From an uncultured Chloroflexia bacterium (GTDB taxonomy: Bacteria; Chloroflexota; Limnocylindria; Limnocylindrales; CSP1-4), in the NCBI GenBank assembly GCA_963813335.1, contig CAWEYL010000001.1:480001-544000 (forward strand): a stretch of DNA of 64,000 nucleotides, written 5' to 3'. The notes beneath the pieces are model-generated. The model saw only the letters and a program-made list of their open reading frames with translations. It did no database searches and had not been told where the DNA came from. Positions 31,834-43,627 of this stretch are shown piece by piece (position 1 is the first letter of the stretch; each line of letters opens with the position of its first letter). The position numbers were made by a program, and so were the translations under genes.

Positions 31834-33192
31834 TCCGCCGCTACACGCTCGCCGAGATGGGCGCGATCTGGTCCGAGCAGGCGCGCTTCGAGGCGATGCT
31901 CCGGGTCGAGCTCGCGGTCGCGCGCGCGCAGGCCGGTCGCGGCCTGATCCCGGCGGATGCGCTCGCCGCGCTCGAGACGCGCTCGCGAGTCGACGTCGAG
32001 CGGATCGCCGAGATCGAGCGGACGACCGACCACGACGTCATCGCGTTCGTCAGCCAGGTCGCGGAGACGGTCGGGCCGGAGGGGCGCTTCCTCCACCTCG
32101 GGCTGACCAGCAGCGACGTCGTCGACACCGGTCTCGCGCTCCAGCTCCGGGCCGCCGGCGAGCGGCTCCTCGACGATGCGGACCGGCTCACCGCCGCGAT
32201 CATCGTTCGCGCCCGGGCCGAGGCCGAGACGGTGATGATGGGCCGCACCCACTCGGTCCACGCCGAGCCGACGACGCTCGGCTTCAAGCTCGCCGGCTGG
32301 GCCTTCGAGGTGGAGCGCGGGCGCACGCGCCTCGCGGCGGCGGTCGACGAGATCGGGACCGGCAAGATCTCCGGCCCGGTCGGGACGTACAGCCACCTCG
32401 GCCCGGACGTCGAGGCAGAGGTGCTGGCCTCGCTGGGCCTCCATGTCGACCCGGTCAGCACCCAGATCGTCCAGCGCGACCGGCATGCGGCCCTGCTCGC
32501 CGCGATCGCGATCCTCGGCGGCTCGCTCGAGCGCTTCGCGACCGAGATCCGCAACCTCCAGCACACCGAGATCGGCGAGCTCCAGGAGCCGTTCGCGGTC
32601 GGCCAGAAGGGCTCGAGCGCGATGCCGCACAAGCGCAACCCGATCCTGTCCGAGCGGATCGCCGGGCTGGCGCGGCTCCTGCGCGGCTATGCCGGCACCG
32701 CGTTCGAGGACCAGCCGCTCTGGCACGAGCGCGACATCAGCCACTCGAGCGCCGAGCGGGTCGATCCTGCCCGACGCGACGATCGTCCTCGACTACATGC
32801 TCGTGCGGATGACCGGGCTGGTCGACGGGCTGCTCGTCCGCTCCGAGCGGATGCGCGAGAACATCGCCCGCGGGCTCGGGCTGCACGCGTCGTCGAAGGT
32901 GCTGGTCACGCTCGTCGAGAGCGGGGGCCTCGCCCGCGAGGAGGCCTACGCGATCGTCCAGCGGGCCGCGCTACGTGCCGCGGACGAGCGGGCGCCGCTG
33001 CGCGACCTGCTGGCGGTGGACCCGGCCGTGGCGCAGCGCTTGTCGCTCACCCAGCTCGACGCCTGCTTCGATGACGCCTCGTTCCTGCGTCACGTCCCGG
33101 AGGTCATCGCCCGGCTCGACGGCCTCGAGGCGGCCCTGGCGGCGAGACGCAGCGCTGCGCCGCACCCCGCGACGGTGTCCGATGCTGGCTGA
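31830..33192 (+). CDS. purB: Adenylosuccinate lyase (apparent +1 frameshift at ~32760-32763)
   Basis: Motifs [33 protein letters not shown] and [10 protein letters not shown]. Confidence 0.95.
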
Positions 33193-34248
33193 CACGTTCC
33201 TCCGCTCCGGCAAGGTCCGTGACCTGTATCGGCTCGACGATGGCCGCATCCTGCTGGTCGCCTCGGACCGGATCAGCGCCTTCGACGTCGTCCTGCCCTC
33301 GACGATCCCCGACAAGGGCCGCGTGCTGACGGGCCTCTCGCGCTTCTGGTTCGCCGAGACCGAGTCGCATCGTCGCGAACCATCTCCTTGACACCGATCC
33401 GGCGGTGCTCGTCGACACGATCGGTCCACGCGTGGCCGCCGCCGGCGGGATCCGGCCGACCTCGGATCGGTCGAGCGACCTCCGCGGCCGGATCATGATC
33501 TGTCGCCCGGCCGCGGTGGTCCCGGTCGAGGCCGTCGTGCGCGGCTACCTCGCGGGCTCGGGCTGGAAGGAGTACCAGGCGAGCGGGACCGTCTGCGGGA
33601 TCGCGCTGCCGCCCGGGCTCCGCGAGAGCGACCGACTGCCCGGAGCCGATCTTCACGCCGGCGACGAAGGCCGAGGACGGCGAGCACGACCAGAACATCA
33701 GCTTCGACGAGATGATCGACCACATCGCCATCGCGCCCGGCGATCCCGGCGCCGGGGAGCTCGCCGAACGGATCCGCGACGAGGCCATCCGGCTCTATCG
33801 ATACGGTGCGGCCGTGGCCGAACGGCGCGGGATCCTCCTGGCCGACACCAAGTTCGAGTTCGGGTTGGCTCTCAGCGGCGATCCCGACGAACCGGTCGGA
33901 CCGGTGGAGGAGCGGATCGAGCGCCCACGTCCAGCCGGCCGCCGGCCGGACGTCTTCCCGCCCGGGACTCGCGCCAGCCACCTGCTCCTCATCGACGAGG
34001 TCATGACCCCCGATTCGTCGCGGTTCTGGGACGCCGCGACCTACGAGCCCGGCCGCCCGCAGGCCAGCTTCGACAAGCAGTTCGTGCGCGACTGGCTCGA
34101 GGCGCAGCCCTGGGACAAGACCGCGCCCGGGCCGGCCCTGCCCGCCGAGGTCGTGGCCGGCACGCGGGCGCGCTACGTCGAGGCCTACGAACGCATCACC
34201 GGCGCCAGCTTCGAGCGCTACCTCCAGGAGGATGTCATCGCCCCATGA
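33182..34248 (+). CDS. purC: SAICAR synthetase (apparent frameshifts at ~33365 and ~33640)
   Basis: Motifs [46 protein letters not shown] and [10 protein letters not shown], spread over three frames. Confidence 0.93.
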
Positions 34249-34529
34249 CCAGCTTCCGGTTCGCCGTCAACGTCCTGCCGAAGCCCGGCATCCTCGACCC
34301 GCAGGGCCGGGCGGTCGAGGGCAGCCTCGGCCACCTCGGGATCGAGGGCGTCAGCGCCGTGCGCGTCGGCCGGCGCGTCGAGCTGACGGTCGAGGCCGCG
34401 GACGCGGATGCGGCCCGCGCCGTCGTCGAGCGGCTCGCCTCGGAGCTGCTCTCGAACCCGCTCATCGAGGCGTACGCGATCGAAGCCCTCGGGGCGACCT
34501 CGTCGCTCGCCACGGCCGGGCGGGGCTGA
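34245..34529 (+). CDS. purS: FGAM synthase subunit PurS
   Basis: Motifs [12 protein letters not shown] and [14 protein letters not shown] overlap with purC. Confidence 0.93.
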   Translation: MTSFRFAVNVLPKPGILDPQGRAVEGSLGHLGIEGVSAVRVGRRVELTVEAADADAARAVVERLASELLSNPLIEAYAIEALGATSSLATAGRG

Positions 34530-34532
34530 GCG

Positions 34533-35273
34533 ATGGGCGTGCGGGTCGGCGTCGTCGTCTTCCCGGGCAGCAACTGCGATCGCGACACCGTCCATGCGCT
34601 CGAGCTGGCCGGCGCCGAGCCGGTCGTGCTGTGGCACGAGCAGGCATCGCTCGACGGCGTCGCCGCGGTCGTCCTGCCGGGCGGCTTCGCCTACGGCGAT
34701 TACCTGCGCGCCGGCGTCATCGCCCGCTTCAGCCCGGTCATGCGGGCCGTGACCGCGTTCGCCGATGCCGGCGGGCTGGTCCTCGGGATCTGCAACGGGT
34801 TCCAGGTGCTCGCCGAGGCCGACCTCGTGCCCGGCGCGCTCCTGCGCAACGCCTCGCTCCGCTTCGCCGGCCAGGAGGTGCGCATCGCGGCGCAGCGCGT
34901 CGACACGCGGTTCACCCACGCGCTCGAGGTCGGCCGGCCGCTGCGGATGCCCGTCGCGCACGGCGAGGGCTGCTACTTCGCCGACGACGCGACGCTCGAC
35001 GCGCTCGAGGCCGCCGACGGCGTGCTCTTCCGCTACGTCGACGCCGCGGGGACCGTCGCCGGCCCCGAGGACCCGGCCAACCCCAACGGCTCGCTGCGGG
35101 CGATCGCCGGGGTCGTCAACGCGGCCGGCAACGTCGCCGGGCTGATGCCCCACCCGGAGCGCGCCGCCGAGGCGATCCTCGGCTCCGACGACGGGGCCGG
35201 GATCATCCGCTCGCTGGTCGAGAGCGCCGCGCTCGCGGCGAACGGCGACCTGGTCGCGGTCGGCGGGCGATGA
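34533..35273 (+). CDS. purQ: FGAM synthase glutaminase subunit
   Basis: Motifs [25 protein letters not shown] and GLMPHPER. Confidence 0.96.
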   Translation: MGVRVGVVVFPGSNCDRDTVHALELAGAEPVVLWHEQASLDGVAAVVLPGGFAYGDYLRAGVIARFSPVMRAVTAFADAGGLVLGICNGFQVLAEADLVPGALLRNASLRFAGQEVRIAAQRVDTRFTHALEVGRPLRMPVAHGEGCYFADDATLDALEAADGVLFRYVDAAGTVAGPEDPANPNGSLRAIAGVVNAAGNVAGLMPHPERAAEAILGSDDGAGIIRSLVESAALAANGDLVAVGGR

Positions 35274-37593
35274 CCGTCACGGAGCGCGCGGTCGAGCCGC
35301 TCCACCGGCGTCTCGGCGTGACCGACGAGGAGCTCGCCGCGATCCGCGACCGCCTCGGCGGGCGCGATCCCAACGACCTCGAGCTCGCGATGTTCAGCGT
35401 CATGTGGAGCGAGCACTGCTCGTACAAGAGCTCGAAGCCGCTCCTGCGGACGCTCCCGACCGCGGGTGAGGGCGTCGTCGCCGGTCCGGGCGAGAACGCC
35501 GGCGTGATCTCGATCGGCGACGGGCTGGCCGTCGCGTTCAAGATCGAGTCGCACAACCATCCCAGCGCGGTCGAGCCGTACCAGGGCGCCGCGACCGGGG
35601 TCGGCGGCATCCTGCGCGACATCTTCACGATGGGCGCCCGGCCGATCGCGGTCCTCGACGCGCTCCGCTTCGGCGATCCGGCCGACGCCCGGACGCGGCA
35701 CCTCGTCGACGGCGTCGTGCGCGGCGTCGGCGGCTACGGCAACTGCGTCGGCGTGCCGACGGTCGGCGGCGAGCTGGTCTTCGACCCGACCTACGCCGGG
35801 AACCCGCTCGTCAACGTCATGGCCATCGGCCTGCTGGAGGAGCGGCTGCTGACGCTCGCGGCCGCGCCCGGCCCGGGCAACCTGGTCGTCCTGTTCGGGT
35901 CGGCGACCGGCCGCGACGGGATCGGCGGCGCGTCGGTCCTCGCCAGCGCCACGTTCACCGACGATGACCCGTCCAAGCGCCCCAGTCGGTCCAGGTCGGC
36001 GACCCGTTCGCCGAGAAGCTGCTGATCGAGGCCAGCCTCGAGCTCATCGAGCGCGGCCTCGTCGAGGGCCTCCAGGACCTCGGCGCCGGCGGCATCACCT
36101 GCGCCACCTCGGAGACCGCCGACCGCGGCGGGACCGGGATGCTCGTCGACCTCGACGCGATCCCGCGCCGGGAGCCCGGCCTCGAGCCGTTCGAGGTGAT
36201 GATCTCGGAGTCGCAGGAGCGGATGTGCGCGGCGGTCCTGCCCGCCAAGTGGGACGAGGTCCGCGAGGTCTGCACCCGCTGGGGCCTGCCGGTCGCGATC
36301 ATCGGGCGGGTGACCGCCGACGGCGACATCGCGATCGTCGAGGGCGGCCTGGACGCGGACGGCCGACCGAACCCGGGCGCCCGCGAGATCGCCCGCATCC
36401 CGGCCAGCGCCCTGACCAGCGACGCGATCGTCCACGAGCGCGTCGCGATGCGGCCGACCCACCAGCGGGCGGCCCCGGCACCCGGCGCGCCGATCGAGCC
36501 GGTCGACCGGCTGCCCGAGCGCGGCATGGACCCCGGCGCCGTGCTGCTGGCGCTGCTCGGGTCGGCCAACCTCGCGTCGCGCCACGCGGTCTTCCACCAG
36601 TACGACTCGACCGTCGGCGCGGACACCGTCGCGGGACCGGGCCGCGGCGCCGCGGTCCTGCGGGTCAAGGGGACGACCAAGGCGCTCGTCGCCACGACCG
36701 ACGGCAACCACGGCGTCGGTGTGGTCGATCCGTGGCTCGGCGCCGCGCTGTCCGTCGCCGAGGCGACCCGCAACGTCTCGATCACGGGCGCCCGCCCGCT
36801 CGGCGTCACGAACTGCCTCAACTACGGCGACCCGACCCGGCCGGAGGCCTTCTGGCAGCTGACCGAGGGCGTCCGCGGCGCTCGGCGACGCCTGCCGCGC
36901 GCTCGGCCTGCCGGTCACCGGCGGCAACGTCTCGCTCTACAACGAATCGCCGACCGGCTCCATCGCGCCGACGCCCGAGATCGGGGTCGTCGGGCTGCTC
37001 GACGACGTCGCCTCGCTCGTCGGGCCGGCCTTCGCGAAGGCGCACGACGCGATCCTCCTCGTCGGCGAGGCGACCCGGGCCTGGCCGGCTCCGCGTACGC
37101 CTCCTCGCGGGCGCCGCCGAGGACGACCCGCCGGCCCTCGACCTCGGCCGCGAGGCGGCGCTCCAGGCGTTCATCCGCGAGGCGATCGCGCGCGGCCTCG
37201 TCGCCTCGGCCCAGGACGTCTCCGGCGGCGGCCTCGCCGTCGCGCTCGCCGAGGGCGCGATCTGGGGCGGCCTCGGCGCGGCGACCCGCGTCGCGGTCGC
37301 GCACTCGCCGGCGGTCGACCTCTTCGGCGAGAGCCCGTCGCGCCTCGTCGTCACCTGCCGCCCCCGGTTCGCGCCGGCGCTCGAGCTGCTCGCCCGCCAG
37401 CACGGCCTCCCGGTCGAGATCGATCGGGACGGTCGGCGGCGACCGGCTCGTCATCGAGCTCGCCGGGACCGGCGCCACCGGCGCGGCCGAGGAGCGCGGC
37501 AGCCGGGTCGCCGATGCGCTGGAGGTCCCGCTCGCCGACCTCCGTCATGCCTGGGAGCACGGCCTCGCCCGCGCCCTCGGCTGGGAGGGCTGA
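35270..37593 (+). CDS. purL: FGAM synthase subunit PurL (several apparent frameshifts)
   Basis: Motifs [48 protein letters not shown] and DVSGGGL. Confidence 0.94.
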
Positions 37594-37597
37594 CCCG

Positions 37598-39069
37598 ATG
37601 TGCGGCGTGTTCGGGGCGGTCGTGCCGCGCGATGCCGAGCCGACCGATGCGGCCGCGATCGCGACGCTCGGGCTGTTCGCGCTCCAGCACCGCGGCCAGG
37701 AGTCGGCCGGCATCGCGGTCAGCGACGGCGACCAGCTGATGCTCTACAAGGACCTCGGGATGATCAGCACGGTGCTCGACGAGCGCCGGCTGCCGAGCCT
37801 GCGCGGCGGCCTCGCGATCGCCCACTGCCGCTACTCGACGACCGGCTCGACGATCTGGGAGAACGCCCAGCCCACCTACCGACGCGGGCCCGCGGCGGGC
37901 GATCGCCATCGGCCACAACGGGAACCTCGTCAACACCCGCGACCTGCTCGACCCAGCTCGAGGGCGGCCGCGCCCGGCTCCCCGCCTCGACCGACACGGA
38001 GCTGCTGACGGCGCTGCTCGCCGACGAGCCCGCCGCGGACACGGTCGAGGCGCTGGTCCAGGTCCTGCCGCGGGTCCGCGGCGCCTTCAGCCTCGTCGTC
38101 CTCGACGAGCGGCGGGTCATCGGCGTGCGCGACCCGCACGGGTTCCGGCCGCTCGTCCTCGGCAAGCTGCCGCGGCCGCCGCGCCCGGGCGGTCCGGACG
38201 ACGGCCTGTGGAGCGACGACGACGCGTCGGCCGGCTGGTGCCTCTCGTCGGAGACGGCCGCACTCGACATCGTCGGTGCCGAGTACGTCCGCGACGTGGA
38301 GCCCGGCGAGATCGTCGATCCTCGAGCCGGGGCACGCCCCGCGCTCGGTCCGCTACGCCGCGGCGACGCCGACGCTGTGCGTGTTCGAGCTCATCTACTT
38401 CGCCCGCCCGGATTCGTACATGGAGGGCCGCAACCTGTACGAGGTCCGCCGGCGGATGGGCGATGCAGCTGGCCATCGAGCACCCGGTCGAGGCGGACCT
38501 GGTCATGCCGGTCCCCGACACCGGCGCCCCGGCCGCCGCCGGGTTCGCGGAGGCGTCCGGGCAGCCGTACCGCGAGGGGATGTACCGGAACCGGTACGCC
38601 GGGCGGACCTTCATCCAGCCGTCGCAGGGGCTGCGCCACCGCGGCGTGACGATCAAGCTCAACCCGCTCCGCGAGGTCGTCAACGGGAAGCGGCTGATCG
38701 TGGTCGACGACTCGATCGTGCGCGGGACGACCACCAAGCGGATCGTCGAGCTGCTGCGCAAGGCGGGCGCGACCGAGGTCCACGTCCGCATCAGCGCGCC
38801 GCCGATCTACCACCCGTGCTTCTACGGCATCGACACCTCCATCGAGACCGAGCTCATCGCGGCGACCCACGACGAGGGCCAGATCCGCGAGTTCATCGGC
38901 GCCGATTCGCTGGGCTACCTCTCGATCCGCGGCGTCCTCGCGGCGCTCGACCTGCCCGTACGAGCGGTTCTGCTTCGCCTGCTTCGACGGCAACTACCCC
39001 GAGCCCGTGCCGTACGACGCCGCGAGCCGCAAGTTCATGCTCGAGGAGCCCGTGATCGCCGGTGGGTAG
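37598..39069 (+). CDS. purF: Amidophosphoribosyltransferase (several apparent frameshifts)
   Basis: Motifs [47 protein letters not shown] and [11 protein letters not shown]. Confidence 0.94.
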
Positions 39070-40219
39070 CGATAAGGGCGGCGCGGGGGCGCGCGCCGCG
39101 TACCGCGCGGCCGGCGTCGACGTCGCCGGCGGCGAGCGGGCGGTCGAGCTCATGCGCGCCCACGTCGAATCGACGCGGCGGCCGGAGGTCGTCGGCGGCC
39201 TCGGCGGGTTCGGCGGCGCCTTCTCGATCCCGCCGGGCTACCGCGAGCCGCTGCTCATCGCCTCGACGGACGGCGTCGGGACCAAGACCGCGATCGCGAC
39301 GGCCGTCGGCCGGTTCGACACCATCGGCATCGACCTCGTGGCGATGTGCGCCGACGACGTCGTGTGCACGGGCGCCGAGCCGCTGGCGTTCCTCGACTAC
39401 GTGGCCGTCGGGCAGCTCGACCCAGTCGCCGTGGCGGAGCTGGTCGGCGGCGTGGCCGCCGGCTGCCGCGACGCCGGCTGCGCGCTGGTCGGCGGCGAGA
39501 CCGCGGAGCACCCGGGGCTGTTGCCGGCAGACGCGTTCGACCTGGCCGCCACCTGCATCGGGGTCGTGGAGCGCTCGCGCGTGATCGACGGCTCGGCGGC
39601 GAGGGTCGGCGACGTCATCCTGGGCCTGGCGGCTTCCGGGCTCCATTCGAACGGCTATTCGCTGGTCCGGGCACTCGTGGCCCAATGGGGCCTCGACCTC
39701 GGCGCGCCCTACCAGGCGCGCCTGCGCCGGACGCTCGGCGATGCCCCGGCGGAGGCGGCGATCGCCGCCGCGCCGCACGAAGCGATGGCGACCCTCGGCG
39801 AAGTGCTGCTGACCCCGACGCGGATCTACGCGCGGGCCGTGCTCGCGGCCCGCGAGGCGCTCGTCGCGGACGGCGCCGACATCCACGGTCTCGCCCACGT
39901 CACCGGCGGCGGCCTGCCCGGGAATGTGCCGCGCGCGCTGGCGATCGGGCTGGCCGCCCGACTGGATCCGTCCCGCTGGGCGACGCCCTCGGTCATGCGG
40001 CTGTTCGCGGCGCTGGGCGGGCTCGACGACGACGAGCTCCGGGCGACCTTCAACGGCGGCCTCGGCATGGTCATGGTCGTGCCGCCGGCGGCGGCGGCCG
40101 CAGCCATCGCCGCCCTGGCGGGACAGGGGATCCCGGCCAGCGTCGTCGGCGAGGTCGTGGACGCGGCGTCGACCGGCGGCGCGCGCTACGTCGAAGGGCC
40201 CCTGGAGGCGCTCGGGTGA
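39062..40219 (+). CDS. purM: Phosphoribosylformylglycinamidine cyclo-ligase (AIR synthetase)
   Basis: Motifs [35 protein letters not shown] and HVTGGG. Confidence 0.96.
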   Translation: MGSDKGGAGARAAYRAAGVDVAGGERAVELMRAHVESTRRPEVVGGLGGFGGAFSIPPGYREPLLIASTDGVGTKTAIATAVGRFDTIGIDLVAMCADDVVCTGAEPLAFLDYVAVGQLDPVAVAELVGGVAAGCRDAGCALVGGETAEHPGLLPADAFDLAATCIGVVERSRVIDGSAARVGDVILGLAASGLHSNGYSLVRALVAQWGLDLGAPYQARLRRTLGDAPAEAAIAAAPHEAMATLGEVLLTPTRIYARAVLAAREALVADGADIHGLAHVTGGGLPGNVPRALAIGLAARLDPSRWATPSVMRLFAALGGLDDDELRATFNGGLGMVMVVPPAAAAAAIAALAGQGIPASVVGEVVDAASTGGARYVEGPLEALG

Positions 40220-42460
40220 GCGGCCGGATCGCCGTCGGCGTGTCGGGTGCCGGCTCGAACCTGCGCGCGCTCCACGCCGCCGCGACCCGCGGCGAGCTCG
40301 GCGGTGACATCGTGCTCGTGTTCGCCGACCGCGCCTGCCCGGCCCTCGACTGGGCGGCGGAGCAGGGGATCGAGACTGCGCTCGTGCCCGGGGGCGACGA
40401 CGCGACGCTCGCCGCGACCCTCGCCGATGCGGCGCCGGACGTCGTGGTCCTCGCCGGGTACATGCGCATCGTCGGCCCCGCCGTGCTGGCGGCCTTCGCG
40501 GGCCGGATCCTCAACACGCACCCGAGCCTGCTGCCGGCGTTCCCCGGCGCCCACGCGGTCCGCGACGCGCTGGCCTACGGCGTGACGATGACGGGCTCCA
40601 CGGTCCACCTCGTCGACGAGACCCTCGACGGCGGCCCGGTGGTCGCCCAGGACGCGGTCGCGGTGCTGCCCGGCGACGACGCCGAGAGCCTCCACGCCCG
40701 GATCCGCGCGGCGGAGCATCGCTTGCTGCCGCGCGCGGTGGCGCTGCTCCTGGCCGACGCGCTCAGCGTCGACGCCGACGGCCGCCATGTCCGCCTCGAC
40801 CTCGAGCGTGCCGACGCCGCCGTCCCGGTGCCGCGCCGCGCGCTCCTGTCGGTCTACGACAAGACCGGCCTCGTCGACCTCGGCCGCGGCCTCGTCGCCC
40901 GCGGATTCGAGCTCGTCTCCACCGGCGGCACGGCACGGACACTCCGCGACGCCGGGCTGCCCGTCTCCGACGTCGGCGCGGTCACCGGCTTCCCCGAGAT
41001 GCTCGACGGCCGGGTCAAGACGCTCCACCCGCGGGTCCACGGCGGGCTGCTCGCCGACCGGCGGCTGGCCGACCACCGCCGGCAGATCCTCGCCGCGGCG
41101 ATCGCCCCGTTCGACCTGGTCGTCTCGAACCTCTATCCGTTCGCCGCCGCGCTCGAGCGGCCGGGGATCACCATCGACGGGCTGATCGAGGAGATCGACA
41201 TCGGCGGGCCGTCGATGGTGCGGGCCGCGGCCAAGAACCACGCCAGCGTCGCGATCGTCACCGATCCCGCGCGCTACGACGCGATCCTCGCCGCCCTCGA
41301 CACGCCCGAGGGCATCGATGCCGCCCTGCGGCGCGCGCTCGCGCTCGAGGCGTTCGCCCACACCGCGGCCTACGACGCCCGCATCGCCGCCGAGTTGCCC
41401 GGTCGCATGGCGGCCGCCGGCCTCGCGCTGCCCGACGAGCCGGGCCTGCCGGGCGCCAGCGACCCGTACCCCGCGCGGCTGACCGTGCCGCTCGAGAAGG
41501 TCGAGACGCTCCGCTACGGCGAGAACCCGCACCAGCCCGCGGCGCGGTACCGGCGTCCCGGCACGACGGCCGCGGACGGCCCGTTCGGCGAGGAGCGCGC
41601 GCCGCTGCAGGGCAAGACCCTCTCGTACAACAACGTGCTGGACGCGGCTGCGGCGGCCGCCCTCGGGCGGGCGCTGCGCGGCCCGGGCGTGGTCATCGTC
41701 AAGCACACCAACCCGTGCGGCGCTGCCGAGCGGGCGACGCTCCTCGAGGCGTGGGAGGCCGCCCTCGAGGCCGACCCGGTCAGCGCGTTCGGTGGGGTCG
41801 TCGCCCTGACCCGCCCGGTCGAGCGGGCCGTCGCCGAGCGGCTCGTCTCGATCTTCCTCGAGATCGTGGTCGCGCCGGCCTTCGACACCGCCGCCCTCGA
41901 GGTGCTGGCCACCAAGCCGAACCTGCGCGTGCTCCTCGACCCGGCCCTCGCCTCGGACGAGCCCGTGCCGGCCGAGGCCGCCACGCCGACCGGCTCGATC
42001 CGGACGGCGGGCGGCGCGGTCCTCGTCACCGCGCCCGACATCGTCAGCGACCTCCCGGGCGTGTGGACCTGCGCGACCCGGCGTGACCCCGACCGATGCC
42101 GAGCAGCTCGACCTCGACCTCGCCTGGCGGCTGGTCCGTGGCGTGACCTCGAACGCGATCGCGCTGGTGAAGGACCGCCGGCTGGTGGGGATGGGGAGCG
42201 GCCAGACCTCGCGCGTCGACGCGGCACGGCAGGCCGTGGCCAAGGCCCAGGCGATGCTCGGCCCGGAGTCGACGGTCGGCGCGGCCTGCGGCTCGGACGC
42301 GTTCTTCCCGTTCCCGGACGCCGTCGAGGCCTGTCTCGCCGCCGGGGTGACGGCCTTCGCCCAGCCCGGCGGCTCGATGCGCGACGCCGAGGCGGTCGCC
42401 GTGGTCGATGCCGCCGGGGGCACGATGCTGCTCACCGGCACGCGCCACTTCCGGCACTGA
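40216..42460 (+). CDS. purH: Fused GAR transformylase (PurN) + IMP cyclohydrolase / AICAR transformylase (PurH); apparent +1 frameshift at ~42088-42091
   Basis: PurN motifs SGAGSNL, LAGYMRI and NTHPSLLPAFPG run in frame into RALLSVYDKTG, GRVKTLHP, IDIGGPSM, LRYGENPHQ and SYNN. Last frame has SNAI, SDAFFPF and GTRHFRH. Confidence 0.9.
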
Positions 42461-42520
42461 CGAAGGGCTTGTGAGGGCGGTCCGGCCGCACTACGATCGG
42501 TCGACCTAGCGGAGGTCACG

Positions 42521-42967
42521 GTGGACCGGTCCAACGAGGAGGTCGTGCGCGAGTACGCCGCGGCGGCGGCCGCCAACGACCTGGCGACCCTGACGCGTCT
42601 CCGCCATCCCGAGTGGATGACCACGTGGCCGCAGTCCGGCGAGCGGGTCGTCGGCAGCGACGCCTTCGCCGCGGTCGTCGCCGGGTATCCGGGCGGCAAG
42701 CCGACGACGGTCGTGGACCGCGTCGTCGGGGCAGAGGACCGCTGGGTCGTCACGCCCGGCAACACCGTCGTGCGCGTCTCGGGCAGCGGCGACCACTGGT
42801 GGGGCGCCTGGGTGATGACCTACCCGGACGGCGTCGTCTACCACTGCATCGACCTGATCGAGCTGCGCGATGGCCTGGTCCGGCGGGAGACCGTCTTCTG
42901 GGCGCCGCCGTTCGAGGCCCCCGACTGGCGGGCACCGTTCGTCGAACGGAGCGATGTGGGCGCCTGA
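42521..42967 (+). CDS. NTF2/SnoaL-like family protein
   Basis: SD GGAGG. Motifs WPQSGERV, YP.G, ELRDGLV.RET and PFEAPDWRA. Confidence 0.7.
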   Translation: MDRSNEEVVREYAAAAAANDLATLTRLRHPEWMTTWPQSGERVVGSDAFAAVVAGYPGGKPTTVVDRVVGAEDRWVVTPGNTVVRVSGSGDHWWGAWVMTYPDGVVYHCIDLIELRDGLVRRETVFWAPPFEAPDWRAPFVERSDVGA

Positions 42968-42984
42968 ACGGTCCCGGTAGACAC

Positions 42985-43036
42985 CAAAGATTATTTTGCA
43001 AAGGTACTTGTGCAAAGAAGTCTTTGCTGTTAGGAT
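42985..43036 (+). promoter_or_regulatory. Three tandem 14-bp palindromic operators overlapping the promoter of the HTH-MFS unit
   Basis: CAAAG-atta-TTTTG, CAAAG-gtac-TTGTG and CAAAG-aagt-CTTTG abut each other. Promoter TTGTGC, 17 nt, TAGGAT. Confidence 0.75.
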
Positions 43037-43042
43037 GCGCCC

Positions 43043-43627
43043 ATGGACGCATGGGATCGCACCAGGGTCACCGAGGTCGAGGCGCTGCGCGCCATCGCCC
43101 ACCCGCTCCGGGCGCGGCTGCTCGGGGCGCTGCGCCACGACGGCCCGGCGACGGCGACCGAGCTCGCCGGGCGCTTCGGCGAATCGAGCGGCTCGACGAG
43201 CTACCACCTGCGCCAGCTCGAGCGCTACGGCTTTATCGTGGAGGACGAGGAGCAGCGCTCGAAGCGCGAGCGCCGCTGGCGGGCCGCGGCCAAGTTCACC
43301 TCCTGGGACGACGCCGACTTCGTGGACCAGCCGGAGGGCCGCGAGGCGTCGGACGCGATGCACGACCTGCAGGTCCACTGGCAGCTCCGCCGCGACCAGC
43401 AGTGGCGCTCGCGCCGTCTCGACTGGGACCGCGCGTGGCTCGGGGCCGCCGGGACCAGTGATGTCGAAGTCCGGCTGACGCCCGAGGCGACCCGCCGCTT
43501 CTTCGAGCGGTTCCTCGAGCTGGCGCGTGAGGCCGAGGCAGAGACCGAGGCGCAGGGCGACGAAGGCGCCGCGATCGTGTCGATCACCTTGCAGGCCGTG
43601 CCCGTCCACCCGGACGACCTCGTCTGA
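43043..43627 (+). CDS. ArsR-like winged-helix transcriptional regulator
   Basis: Motifs LRAIAHPLRARLL, ATATELA, STSYHLRQL..YGFI and RERRWRA. Confidence 0.85.
   Translation: MDAWDRTRVTEVEALRAIAHPLRARLLGALRHDGPATATELAGRFGESSGSTSYHLRQLERYGFIVEDEEQRSKRERRWRAAAKFTSWDDADFVDQPEGREASDAMHDLQVHWQLRRDQQWRSRRLDWDRAWLGAAGTSDVEVRLTPEATRRFFERFLELAREAEAETEAQGDEGAAIVSITLQAVPVHPDDLV

Noticed and set aside
30592-38317. Methylation-induced basecalling errors at GATC as the cause of the indels
   Set aside because: Several indels neighbour GATC, but many (CCCG, GGGC, CGGC, TCGC) do not. The wobble-position explanation covers nearly all of them, though reads are needed to exclude this fully.
29179-42460. Pseudogenised purine pathway or programmed ribosomal frameshifting
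   Set aside because: There are no in-frame stops or motif decay and no slippery runs. The insertions sit at wobble C/G positions, and the same pattern affects pcrA, which fits a consensus artefact.
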